From contig OZ242005.1 of the NCBI GenBank assembly GCA_965204725.1, positions 3,488,001 to 3,552,000 of the forward strand: a stretch of DNA of 64,000 nt, in the 5' to 3' direction. Below the pieces are notes generated by a model. That model worked only from the letters and a program-made list of their open reading frames with translations, was not told where the DNA came from and did not search any database. Positions 1 to 9,098 of this stretch are shown piece by piece (the stretch's first letter is position 1; each line of letters begins with the position of its first letter). A program made the position numbers and the translations under genes. Source of the stretch: Candidatus Latescibacterota bacterium (GTDB lineage Bacteria; Latescibacterota; UBA2968; UBA8231).

Positions 1-893
1 AGGCGGTCGAAGTCGTCCAAGGACAACTCGACGCCGACGCGCCCGGCGAGGGCCAGCAAGTGAACGACGCAGTTGGTCGAGCCACCGATGGCCGCGTTGA
101 CCTTGATGGCGTTCTCAAAGGCTTCGCGCCCGAGGATGGCAGACATCTTGAGGTCTTCGCGGACCATCTCGACGATGCGCGATCCCGCTAAATGCGCCAG
201 CACCTTGCGCCGCGAGTCTGGGGCCGGGATCGCCGCGCCGCCGGGCAGGGTCATGCCGAGGGCCTCGACCATACAGGCCATCGTCGATGCCGTGCCCATA
301 GTCATGCAGTGACCATCCGAGCGCGTCATGCCGTCCTCGGCCAGCCCAAATTCTTCGCGCGTCATCTTGCCGGCGCGCAGGTCTTCGCTAAACTTCCACA
401 CGTCCGTTCCCGAGCCAATATCGCGGCCGCGATACTTGCCGTTGAGCATGGGACCACCCGGCACGACAAGGGTCGGCAAATCTACGCTCGCCGCCCCCAT
501 CAAGCACGCCGGCGTGGTCTTGTCGCACCCTGTTAAGAGCACCACGCCGTCAACCGGATTGGCGCGAATGCACTCCTCCACATCCATGCTCGCCAAGTTG
601 CGGAAGAGCATGGTCGTCGGGCGCATGATGGGCTCGCCCAGCGAGGTGACCGGGAATTCTACGGGCACTCCCCCCGCTTCGTACACGCCTCGTTTGACGG
701 CTTCGGCCAAGTCGCGGAAGTGAATGTTGCACGGCGTCAGTTCGGACCACGTGTTGCAGATGCCGATGACCGGCCGACCGTCGAATTCGTGCTCGGGCAG
801 GCCGCGCTTCATCCAACTGCGGTGAATGAACCCACCTTTGTCCTCGCGTCCAAACCAGTCGGCACTCCTCAATTTTCCCTGATCTGCTGCCAT
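1..893 (-). CDS. IlvD/Edd-family dehydratase (sugar-acid dehydratase type), 3' end outside window
   Basis: Manual translation from ATG at 893: MAADQGKLRSADWFGRED...RPVIGICNTWSELTPCNIH...GCDKTTP...GHCMTMGTASTM...GGSTN, the IlvD/Edd motifs; GGAG RBS upstream. Absent from the ORF track because it has no stop in the window. Confidence 0.9.
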   Translation of the reverse strand, partial: MAADQGKLRSADWFGREDKGGFIHRSWMKRGLPEHEFDGRPVIGICNTWSELTPCNIHFRDLAEAVKRGVYEAGGVPVEFPVTSLGEPIMRPTTMLFRNLASMDVEECIRANPVDGVVLLTGCDKTTPACLMGAASVDLPTLVVPGGPMLNGKYRGRDIGSGTDVWKFSEDLRAGKMTREEFGLAEDGMTRSDGHCMTMGTASTMACMVEALGMTLPGGAAIPAPDSRRKVLAHLAGSRIVEMVREDLKMSAILGREAFENAIKVNAAIGGSTNCVVHLLALAGRVGVELSLDDFDR

Positions 894-1022
894 TAAATTC
901 TCCCCTGATTTATTTTTGTACCAGCAACGAGGCAATCAATCTAGGCGATCTCCTCGCTCCCGCAATACTATATATTAGTTACTGATGGTACGCATGTTGC
1001 ACACTCCGCCTTGAAAGACGAT

Positions 1023-1877
1023 ATGGATCTCAAACGCATTGCCGTCATTGGGGCTGGCACGATGGGGCGCGGCATTGCCCAAGTTTTGGCCCAAGCTAAC
1101 CGGGAGGTTCTGCTCTATGACGCAGACCCCCGCACCTGCAAACAGGGGGTGGCCGGCATCGCCGCCCGCCTGCGCCAACAAACCGCCAAAGGTCGGCTGT
1201 CGTCGGCCGCTAGCGAAGCAGCCATCGCGGCACTGCGGGGCATCAACCACCTCGCGGCCATCGGCGACGCCGACATGGTCGTCGAAGCGGTGCCCGAGCA
1301 CCTAGCACTCAAGCGCGCTGTTTTTGCCCAGCTCGGGCAGTTGGCCGGGCCGGAGGCCATTCTCGCCAGCAATACCTCCGGCCTCGACATCAACGCGCTG
1401 GCCGCGGCGGCCGGGCGGCCAAGCAAGGTAATTGGCATGCACTTCTTTAACCCCCCTCCGACCATGCCCCTAGTCGAAATAGTCCGGGCCACCGCGACCT
1501 CCGACGCGACCGTTGCCGCGGTCACGGCCTTGGCCCAAGACCTAGGCAAAACTCCGGTCGCGGTCGCCAACAGCCCGGGTTTTGCGGTCAACCGCATCCT
1601 CTTTCCCATGATCAATGAGGCCATCTACGCCCTAGCCGAAGGCGTGGCCAGTCCCGAAGACATTGACCGGGTGATGGTGCTGGGGGCGAGCCATCCCCTA
1701 GGGCCGCTAGCCTTAGCCGACTACGTCGGCCTCGACGTGACGTTGGACATCCTCGAGTCGCTTGCCCAGCGTCTAGACCCCTCCAAATACCGCCCCTGCC
1801 CCTTGCTGCGCGAGATGGTCGCGCAAGGCGCGTTGGGTCGCAAGACGGGTCGGGGATTTTTCTCCTACCCGAGATAA
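1023..1877 (+). CDS. hbd: 3-hydroxyacyl-CoA (3-hydroxybutyryl-CoA) dehydrogenase
   Basis: Motifs GAGTMGRG, EAVPE, SNTS, GMHFFNP, PGF.VNR, HPLGPL.L.D.VGLD, LGRKTG.GF. Confidence 0.9.
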   Translation: MDLKRIAVIGAGTMGRGIAQVLAQANREVLLYDADPRTCKQGVAGIAARLRQQTAKGRLSSAASEAAIAALRGINHLAAIGDADMVVEAVPEHLALKRAVFAQLGQLAGPEAILASNTSGLDINALAAAAGRPSKVIGMHFFNPPPTMPLVEIVRATATSDATVAAVTALAQDLGKTPVAVANSPGFAVNRILFPMINEAIYALAEGVASPEDIDRVMVLGASHPLGPLALADYVGLDVTLDILESLAQRLDPSKYRPCPLLREMVAQGALGRKTGRGFFSYPR

Positions 1878-1887
1878 CGAAGCACCG

Positions 1888-2397
1888 ATGTTGCACCTCC
1901 TCATCTTCTTGTGCGTCCTCGCCACCTGTAGCTGCTCAATCCGCTCGGCGCCGCGTTATACGGCCGACGCCACGGATTCGGACAGCGTGGTGCGCGAACT
2001 CAAACAACGCCGCCGCGCCAGCCCCAGCCGCCTCACTCGCGTCGTCGAAGGGTATCTCGGCGTACCCTACAAGTGGGGCGGCACCACCCGCGCTGGCATG
2101 GACTGCTCGGCCTTTACCCGCACCATTTTCCGCCAAACTTATGGCATTGAATTGCCGCGTACCGCTAGGCAGATATACCGCGTCGGCCGCACGGTCAGCC
2201 GACGGCAGGATCTCAAACCGGGGGATCTGGTTTTCTTTCAGAATACCTTTTCAGGGCGGGGCGTTTCGCACGTTGGGATTTACCTCGGCAAGGGGCGTTT
2301 CGCCCATGCGGGCGTGAGCACCGGCGTGACCATTACCTCGCTCAACCACCCTTACTTCCACGCTCGCTATGTCGGCGCCCGGCGCGTCGGGCGATAA
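1888..2397 (+). CDS. NlpC/P60 (C40) cell-wall peptidase, probable lipoprotein
   Basis: YLGVPYKWGG, DCSAF catalytic Cys, PGDLVFF, HVGIYLG, F.HA; hydrophobic N-terminus followed by Cys. Confidence 0.92.
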   Translation: MLHLLIFLCVLATCSCSIRSAPRYTADATDSDSVVRELKQRRRASPSRLTRVVEGYLGVPYKWGGTTRAGMDCSAFTRTIFRQTYGIELPRTARQIYRVGRTVSRRQDLKPGDLVFFQNTFSGRGVSHVGIYLGKGRFAHAGVSTGVTITSLNHPYFHARYVGARRVGR

Positions 2398-2398
2398 G

Positions 2399-3730
2399 GT
2401 GCAGCGCGGCTTACTTTTCTCGGCCTGTGCCATAGAGGCTTGTTGCTGCTACTTGGTCTCCCGCGGCGATCTCCAGCACCAGATCGGCGCTCTGTGGGCC
2501 GGGGTCTTTCCCGCTTTTCTCTGCTGGGCGGGCGCGGCGTATCTCGTGCTGCGGCGAGGCGCGTCCCCCGGGCGACCGCACCTGATTCTCGGAGCCGCCC
2601 TCGTCTTCCGCCTGACGCTGTGGTGGAGCCCAGCGACGCTCTCGGACGACGTTTTCCGCTACATCTGGGATGGCCGCGTCCAGCTAGCCGGCATCAACCC
2701 ATACCTCTACGCGCCCTCGGCCCCGCAGGTGGCGCACCTGCGCGACGCCCTCTACCCCAGCGTCAACCACGCCGCCATTCCCACGATTTATCCGCCGCTC
2801 GCCCAGCTTTTCTTTCGAGCGATTTGCCTGCTCAGCGCGACGCCGGCCGCGTTCAAATTGGCCCTGCTCCTGTGCGATTGGGGCCTTTGCCTGCTCTTGG
2901 CACACATCCTCGTCCGGCGCGGCCAAGACCCGCGTCGCGTCGTGCTCTACGCTTGGAACCCCCTGCCCCTCGTCGAGGTCGCCGGCAGCGGCCATATTGA
3001 CGCGCTCGGCGTTCTGATCCTCTTCGCGGCCCTGTACGCCCTCCACAGTCAGCGCTGGGCCGCGGCCGTCTGTGCCCTCGCCGGGGCCTTTCTCGTCAAA
3101 CTAGTGCCCCTCGTGCTGTTGCCCACTTTTTGGCGTCGGCCGCGCGCTGCTTGGTTCAACTTCCGCAAGCGGAGTGCCCTACTGCTGTTTCCAGCGCTGG
3201 GGCTATTGGCCTTTTGGCCCTTTGCCAGCGCCGGGGAAAAACTCGCGACCGGGCTGCTGACCTACGTGCAACACTGGCACTTCAACGCGGCGGCCTACTC
3301 GCTCTTTCGCTTTGCCCTCCAGCCGTGGGACGGCCACGCCTACGCACACGCTCGCTGGCTCTGCACCGCCCTTTTCGCCCTCGTGGCTCTCGGCGTCCAA
3401 ATCCGCTACCGAGACCCCTACCGAGCCGCCTTTGCAACCCTCGGGGCATACATCTTGCTCTCGCCGACCGTGCATCCTTGGTACTTGCTCTGGGTCCTGC
3501 CGTTCCTCGCCTTTTTCCCCAGCCCCGCTTGGATGCTCCTCAGCGGCTTGATCTTCCTCGCTTACGAGGTGCAAATCGGCTATGGCAGCAGCGGCGTGTG
3601 GCGAGAAAAGCCGTGGGTACTGTGGGCGCAATACGCGCCTTTTTACTTGCTCCTGTGCGGTGCCGAACTGGCCCGTCGCTGGGGATCTCGGCCTCGGCAT
3701 GGGCTTTACGGCCCAAAGGCGAAAAGGTAA
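2399..3730 (+). CDS. Polytopic GT-C glycosyltransferase (GT87/DUF2029-like)
   Basis: SDDVFRYIWDGRV...GINPY, TIYPP, YAWNPL, GHID, HPWY motifs; many TM segments; start uncertain (2369 or 2399). Confidence 0.8.
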   Translation: MQRGLLFSACAIEACCCYLVSRGDLQHQIGALWAGVFPAFLCWAGAAYLVLRRGASPGRPHLILGAALVFRLTLWWSPATLSDDVFRYIWDGRVQLAGINPYLYAPSAPQVAHLRDALYPSVNHAAIPTIYPPLAQLFFRAICLLSATPAAFKLALLLCDWGLCLLLAHILVRRGQDPRRVVLYAWNPLPLVEVAGSGHIDALGVLILFAALYALHSQRWAAAVCALAGAFLVKLVPLVLLPTFWRRPRAAWFNFRKRSALLLFPALGLLAFWPFASAGEKLATGLLTYVQHWHFNAAAYSLFRFALQPWDGHAYAHARWLCTALFALVALGVQIRYRDPYRAAFATLGAYILLSPTVHPWYLLWVLPFLAFFPSPAWMLLSGLIFLAYEVQIGYGSSGVWREKPWVLWAQYAPFYLLLCGAELARRWGSRPRHGLYGPKAKR

Positions 3731-3860
3731 GTTTAACGTGGGCAGCTAGCCCGAGAGAATCGCCGGAAACAGAACGGCGATTGCTTAGTCTGTAAGGATA
3801 CGCTATGTACCACCCGATATGGCGCGAGGCGACCACCCCCTCGCGCTAGGAAAGTTGCGC

Positions 3861-4430
3861 GTGAACTGCTCCACAAAAAATACACTCGGCCTCGTGGCCT
3901 TGGGCTTGGCTGCGCTGGGGCTACACGGCTGTCTCGAACTGGTGCGTCGGCCGCCAGCCGGCTACGAGCACTCCCGAGCGGCCGACACCACGGCCACGAG
4001 CGCGGCCATCGTCCAACCCGTGCCGCCGCTAGTCGTCGTAGATCGCCCCGAGCGCTCGCGCCAGCAGTTGCAAGACATTGAGCAGGTCAACAAATACGCG
4101 CTCTGGTGCATTGAAAACGCCATGTGGAACGAGGCCCAATCGCACCTCGAACGCGCCCTAGCGCAAGACAGCTTGGCGGCCAGCCTGCACAACAACCTCG
4201 GGGTCGTCTATGAGCGACTCGGCCTGACCGACAAAGCCGCTCAATTCTACGGCCGGGCAGCAGCCCTCAATCCCGCCCAAGCAGCGTATGCCGCCAATTT
4301 GCGCCACTTGCAACAATACCAGCAGGCCAGCCACGACTCCACAGGCTCACTTGATATATTCAAGCTGGGCGATGGCCTGCCACCGCGGACCAGACGCCCG
4401 GACAATTCACCTCCATCCACGGGAGAGTAA
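3861..4430 (+). CDS. TPR-containing lipoprotein
   Basis: Lipobox LHGC; TPR LHNNLGVVYERLG..DKAAQFYGRA; start uncertain (3819 or 3861). Confidence 0.7.
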   Translation: MNCSTKNTLGLVALGLAALGLHGCLELVRRPPAGYEHSRAADTTATSAAIVQPVPPLVVVDRPERSRQQLQDIEQVNKYALWCIENAMWNEAQSHLERALAQDSLAASLHNNLGVVYERLGLTDKAAQFYGRAAALNPAQAAYAANLRHLQQYQQASHDSTGSLDIFKLGDGLPPRTRRPDNSPPSTGE

Positions 4431-4432
4431 CC

Positions 4433-7400
4433 GTGCAGGCTATAACGACATTCCGCCTCCTCGCCTGCGCCGCCCTGCTCGCTTGGGGCGCCGCAGACCT
4501 CGGCGCCCAAGACATCCTCACCTCGCAGTTGCAGCAGGGGTTCGGGAAAAACAAGGTCCGCTACCGCGACTTCCAGTGGGAGATACTCGAAAGCGAGCAC
4601 ATCGAGCTTCACTTTGAGTCCGAATTTCAGAATCTGGCCGTGCGGGCAATCGAGTACCTCGAAGAGGGCTACGATCACATCAGCCAAATCCTGCACCACG
4701 AGCTTTCGCACCGGCCGCCGGTCGTCATCTATCAGTCTCACTACCAGTTCCAGCAGACCAATATCTTTCCCGACTTTCTGCCCCCCGGCGTCGCCGGCTT
4801 TGCCGAGCCGCTGCGCTTCCGCATGGTCGTCCCCTTTGCCGGCGATCTCGACGAGTTCCGCAACGTCCTCGTCCACGAGTTGACCCACATTTTCCAGTAC
4901 GACATCGTTCACAAAGGCCCCATTCGCCGCATCACCAGCCCGATTGTCCAGCCGCCTACTTGGCTGATGGAGGGCATGGCCGAATACACCACCCCGGGCC
5001 GCAATACTATCGACGAAATGGTCCTCCGCGACGCCGTGCTCACTGACGGCCTCATCCCCCTCGAAACCATGAATCAGGCTTGGGGCCAAGGCAACGTATT
5101 CCTCGCATACAAGCAGAGCCACTCGCTCATGGAATACATTGCCCAGCAGTACGGTCCCGAAAAAATCAGCCGCATCCTCCGCTTGTGGGACAGCCAGCAC
5201 GACACCGACAAGCTCATGGATCGCCTGATTGGCATGGATTTAAAGACCCTCGACGAGCGTTGGTCGGCCCAGATGCGCAAAACCTACTGGCCCCTCTTGC
5301 AGACGCGCGACTACACCTCCGAATTTGCCGAGAAAATAGGCGACGACGAGGATACCCATAGCTTCTCCAGCGCCTGCTGGTCGCTCAGCGGCGACATGCT
5401 CGCCGTCCATTCCTCAGACGGGATCGAGCAGCACATCGATATCATCCGCCTGCGCGACGCCTCGCTCGTCGAGCGCGTCACCGGGAGCATGCGGGCCGCC
5501 AACTACGATCACCTCAGCATCGGCAGCGGCACTGTGGCGTGGGCACCGGACGGCCAGACCATCGCCTTTGTCGCCAAAGAAGGCCCCCGCGACCGCATCA
5601 TGCTGTGGGATCTCTACGACAAGAAGCTCGTGCAGACCCTGACCCTGCCCGATATGGATCTCGTCGAGAGCCTAGCGTGGGCACCCGACAGCCGCCAACT
5701 CGCCTTTATCGGCACCGGACAGGGCCAGAGCGATCTCTACCTCATAGACGTGCAGACCAGCGAGCGGCGTCAGCTCACCGGCACGCCCGAGCGCGAAGAT
5801 TATCCGAATTGGTCGCCCGACGGGCAGCGCATCGCCTTTAGCACCAAGTACCGCAACCAGTTCGACATCAAAATTTACGATCTAACCGAGGACGCGGCGC
5901 ACACAGCCGTATCCAGCCCCACCGACGATCTGTGGCCGCAGTGGCTGCCCGAAGGCAACAAGCTGCTCTTCGTCTCCACCCGCGACAAGATCAACGATCT
6001 CTTCGTCTATCACCTCGACGAGGGCCGCGAATTCCGCCTGACCCGCAGCCTCAGCGGCATTATGAATCCCGCCCTTTCGCCCGACGGGCGGCAGATTGTG
6101 TTCAACACCTACTTCAAGGGCCGCAGCCATCTCTACCGCATGGCCATGCCCGAATGGCCCGAGGTCAAGCGCAAAGACGCCCTCCTGCTGGCGCGCGTAG
6201 CCGAGGCCGAAGTCGAACCGCCAGCCGCCGAGCCCCCAACCCCAGAGCCGCCCCCGACGCCGACGCGGCCCGTGGTACAGGGCGACGCCGCGCTCTCCGA
6301 TCAAGGCGGCATCCCCGGCCTAGGGCAAGTCGCGGCCCTGAAGGATCGGGCACTCTCGGACGATGCCGTGCTCCTAGCCGGGGCCAGCGGCCCGCTGCCG
6401 CCCGCCGAATCCCCAGCACCACAAGCCGCCGTCCCACTCGACGCCGACGGCGAATTGGAGCTGCGCCGACGCCGCTACACCCCCAAGCTCGAATTTGACG
6501 GCATCTCCTTGCAGATGGGCTATTTTGATGGGTTCCTGTCGTCAATTGCCCAACTGGGCATGAGCGACCTTTTGGGCAATCACTCGCTGGTAGTAGCCAC
6601 GGATTACGTCGCCGCCCAAGACATCAGCAACGACTTCAACTTTGCTGCCAGCTACAAATACTACGGCAAGCGGCCCACCTACCGCGCATCCATTTTCAAT
6701 TGGAACCAGTACTTTATCAACGAGCGCAACTTCATCGTTCAAGGCCGTCCCCCCACTCGGGGCATTAGCCGTCTCCAGCAGCGCGGTGCCCTAGCCAACG
6801 CCAGCTATCCGCTCGACCTCTACCGCCGCCTCGACCTGAGCTATACCTATGTCGGCGAGCAAAGAGAACAGGTCAGTCCCTTCTACGAAGCCGATTCCAC
6901 TTCTGTTACCAGCACGCACCTGTTCAAGACCGCATACGTCCACGACTCCATTACCTACGGTCTTTTGGGGGCCACGGCTGGCAAGCGCTACTTCCTCTCG
7001 GTGGGGCGGACGCTCGACCTCGGGTCGGCCACGCGCTCTTTCTCGCACCTCGAATTGGACTATCGCCACTACGTGCGGCTGGGGCGTTGGTCCGTGCTGG
7101 GGCTGCGGGCCTATGGCGTGGGGTCTTTGGGCCGCAACGCCCTCCAATACAACTTAGGGGGGCCGATTTGGTACTTGCCCTTCTACACGGGCTTCAATCT
7201 CAACACCGGCCCCCTGCGCGGCTATCCGTTCTCGGCCTTCGCCGGCAGCCGGGTCTTGCTGACCAATGTCGAACTGCGCGTTCCCTTTGTGCGCGGCATC
7301 CTCTTTGGCTGGCCCGGCACCTTCCTGATTCCAGCGGTTGACGGCAGCCTGTTTATGGATATGGGCATGGTTTGGGACCAAGACGACGAAATCGACCTAT

Positions 7401-7582
7401 GGCCCTTCCACAATCCACACGCCGCCCCCACATCCTCCCCGCAACAAGTACACGCCAGCGTCGGCTTCGGCCTCTTGGTGTACTTCCTGCTGCCGATGAA
7501 CTTTGAATTCGCCAGACAGATGGACATGCAGGGCAACTTCTCGGACTTCAAGTTCCACTTCAGCTTTGGACGGAGCTTTTGA
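4433..7582 (+). CDS. Peptidase MA-like (HExxH) + PD40/TolB propeller + Omp85/BamA-type barrel fusion
   Basis: Signal peptide, FGKNKV, HELTH and W..EGMAEY, repeated W(S/A)PDG blades, Pro-rich linker, LGMSDLLGNH, LRGYP, terminal FHFSFGRSF. Confidence 0.85.
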   Translation: MQAITTFRLLACAALLAWGAADLGAQDILTSQLQQGFGKNKVRYRDFQWEILESEHIELHFESEFQNLAVRAIEYLEEGYDHISQILHHELSHRPPVVIYQSHYQFQQTNIFPDFLPPGVAGFAEPLRFRMVVPFAGDLDEFRNVLVHELTHIFQYDIVHKGPIRRITSPIVQPPTWLMEGMAEYTTPGRNTIDEMVLRDAVLTDGLIPLETMNQAWGQGNVFLAYKQSHSLMEYIAQQYGPEKISRILRLWDSQHDTDKLMDRLIGMDLKTLDERWSAQMRKTYWPLLQTRDYTSEFAEKIGDDEDTHSFSSACWSLSGDMLAVHSSDGIEQHIDIIRLRDASLVERVTGSMRAANYDHLSIGSGTVAWAPDGQTIAFVAKEGPRDRIMLWDLYDKKLVQTLTLPDMDLVESLAWAPDSRQLAFIGTGQGQSDLYLIDVQTSERRQLTGTPEREDYPNWSPDGQRIAFSTKYRNQFDIKIYDLTEDAAHTAVSSPTDDLWPQWLPEGNKLLFVSTRDKINDLFVYHLDEGREFRLTRSLSGIMNPALSPDGRQIVFNTYFKGRSHLYRMAMPEWPEVKRKDALLLARVAEAEVEPPAAEPPTPEPPPTPTRPVVQGDAALSDQGGIPGLGQVAALKDRALSDDAVLLAGASGPLPPAESPAPQAAVPLDADGELELRRRRYTPKLEFDGISLQMGYFDGFLSSIAQLGMSDLLGNHSLVVATDYVAAQDISNDFNFAASYKYYGKRPTYRASIFNWNQYFINERNFIVQGRPPTRGISRLQQRGALANASYPLDLYRRLDLSYTYVGEQREQVSPFYEADSTSVTSTHLFKTAYVHDSITYGLLGATAGKRYFLSVGRTLDLGSATRSFSHLELDYRHYVRLGRWSVLGLRAYGVGSLGRNALQYNLGGPIWYLPFYTGFNLNTGPLRGYPFSAFAGSRVLLTNVELRVPFVRGILFGWPGTFLIPAVDGSLFMDMGMVWDQDDEIDLWPFHNPHAAPTSSPQQVHASVGFGLLVYFLLPMNFEFARQMDMQGNFSDFKFHFSFGRSF

Positions 7583-8262
7583 TCCGCGTCGCCATCCTCG
7601 CACTGCTCATTGCGGGCTGCGGCGGTCGCAGTGCCTTCACCCGCGTCGAATTTCGCGCCCCAGCGCAACCCGACCCGGTTTTGCGCCCCTTCCTCTCAGA
7701 CGTTGATCACATCGGCGTCGTTTGCGCGACCAACATCGAACCTTTCCGGGAGCTGGACATCGAAAAGGTCATGGCGCGGCTGTCCAACGCCGTGGCCCGC
7801 AGTCTCAGCCACATGCCCAAGACCGAAGTGATGAACCAAGACGAAATCACCTACAAAATTAAGGGCGTCCGCCTCGACTCAACGAGCGTCCATCAAGACT
7901 CAATACGGGCCGTTATTAGGGAGGAGCTCGAGCTCGACGCCTTGGTCTTTGTCGAGCTGAGGCACTTACAAGCGCGGATGATGCCCATGTCGCCCACGCC
8001 TTACGGCATGTCGCCCAACCCCGGCATCGACCTGACGGTCGATCTCAAGGTCAGCCTGATCAACTTCAACACCAACCAAGTCTGGCAGCAGGGGGGCACG
8101 CAGCGCAATTACCAGCCGGTGCAACTCCAGCTCTTCGGTGGCAACAAACAAGGCGAGCGCCAACTGCTCATGGCCCTGTCTCGCCCCCTCCAACGCTTCC
8201 TCTTCCGCATCGCCCCACCACCCAAGCCGCAAGCCCGCCACTTCGATCTAAGCGGCGACTAG
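7579..8262 (+). CDS. Hypothetical lipoprotein
   Basis: Lipobox LIAGC; start overlaps the upstream stop (TTGA); followed by terminator. Confidence 0.7.
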   Translation: MIRVAILALLIAGCGGRSAFTRVEFRAPAQPDPVLRPFLSDVDHIGVVCATNIEPFRELDIEKVMARLSNAVARSLSHMPKTEVMNQDEITYKIKGVRLDSTSVHQDSIRAVIREELELDALVFVELRHLQARMMPMSPTPYGMSPNPGIDLTVDLKVSLINFNTNQVWQQGGTQRNYQPVQLQLFGGNKQGERQLLMALSRPLQRFLFRIAPPPKPQARHFDLSGD

Positions 8263-8263
8263 A

Positions 8264-8306
8264 CACAAAAAAGCGGCGGCCCCCGAAAGGACCTCCGCTT
8301 TTTGTG
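8264..8306. terminator. Bidirectional intrinsic terminator
   Basis: cacaaaaaagcgg...gaaa...ccgctttttgtg hairpin with A and T tracts between convergent genes. Confidence 0.85.
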
Positions 8307-8321
8307 CCTATCGAATAAAGA

Positions 8322-9020
8322 CTAGCGCCGTCGCTTCTTGGGCTTGGCTGATTTCTTTGTCGCGGACGATTTGGAGGCTGGGGCCGACGGCGCAGAGGAC
8401 GCCTTCGGAGCCGATCTTTGCGTCGTACTCGTAGAGGATGTCGCCCGCGGCGTCGGCGTCGGCGCGTTGCGCACCCGCGGCTCTACCCGCCGCTGCCACA
8501 CGGACTCTTCGCGGCGCTGTACTTTGGCTGCGGCTGCGGGATCGACAATCGTCGGCGTCGCATTGCGCCGGCTCGCCGCACGCAAATCGTCGAGCGCGCG
8601 CGTGTTGATTAGTTCGTAACCGGGCGGCACGTAGTAACCGCCCCCACTCCGATAGTACGGATCGTAGCCATAACTATAGGGGCCATAACCGCCGTAGTAG
8701 TAGGGGTCGTAGCCGCCGTAGTAGTAGGGATTGTAGCGAGAAGCGGGATAGTAATAACCGCCGCCACCATAACCGCCATAGCTGCCGTAGCCGCCGTAGC
8801 CGCCGCGCACACCCGGATAGCGGTAGAGATCGTCCATGTAGTCGCGGTCGTCGAACTGGCCAATCGTGGGGGCCTCAGCATCGCGGCTCTTGGCGCGGTC
8901 CAGCTCCTCGTCGTGCAGGCTGGCCGCCTCGTAAGGGCTGTTGAGCACGGTGTAGCAGCCGCTGGCCATCAGCGCAATGAGCGGCAGGGCCGAGCACAAA
9001 ATCAAAGCCTTCGTTTTCAT
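8322..9020 (-). CDS. Gly/Tyr-rich low-complexity lipoprotein with basic tail
   Basis: AGGAGG RBS, lipobox ASGC, GGYG/YDPYYY repeats, terminal KKSAKPKKRRR. Confidence 0.75.
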   Translation of the reverse strand: MKTKALILCSALPLIALMASGCYTVLNSPYEAASLHDEELDRAKSRDAEAPTIGQFDDRDYMDDLYRYPGVRGGYGGYGSYGGYGGGGYYYPASRYNPYYYGGYDPYYYGGYGPYSYGYDPYYRSGGGYYVPPGYELINTRALDDLRAASRRNATPTIVDPAAAAKVQRREESVWQRRVEPRVRNAPTPTPRATSSTSTTQRSAPKASSAPSAPASKSSATKKSAKPKKRRR

Positions 9021-9098
9021 GTTACCTCCTTGAGGAGCGCGTTGAACTCATCTTTCGGTTTGAATATACACAAACCAGTAATTGGAGCAAAAGGAATC

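Noticed and set aside
8640-8810. gccgtag-type short repeats as a non-coding repeat array
   Set aside because: Explained by Gly/Tyr codons of the minus-strand lipoprotein
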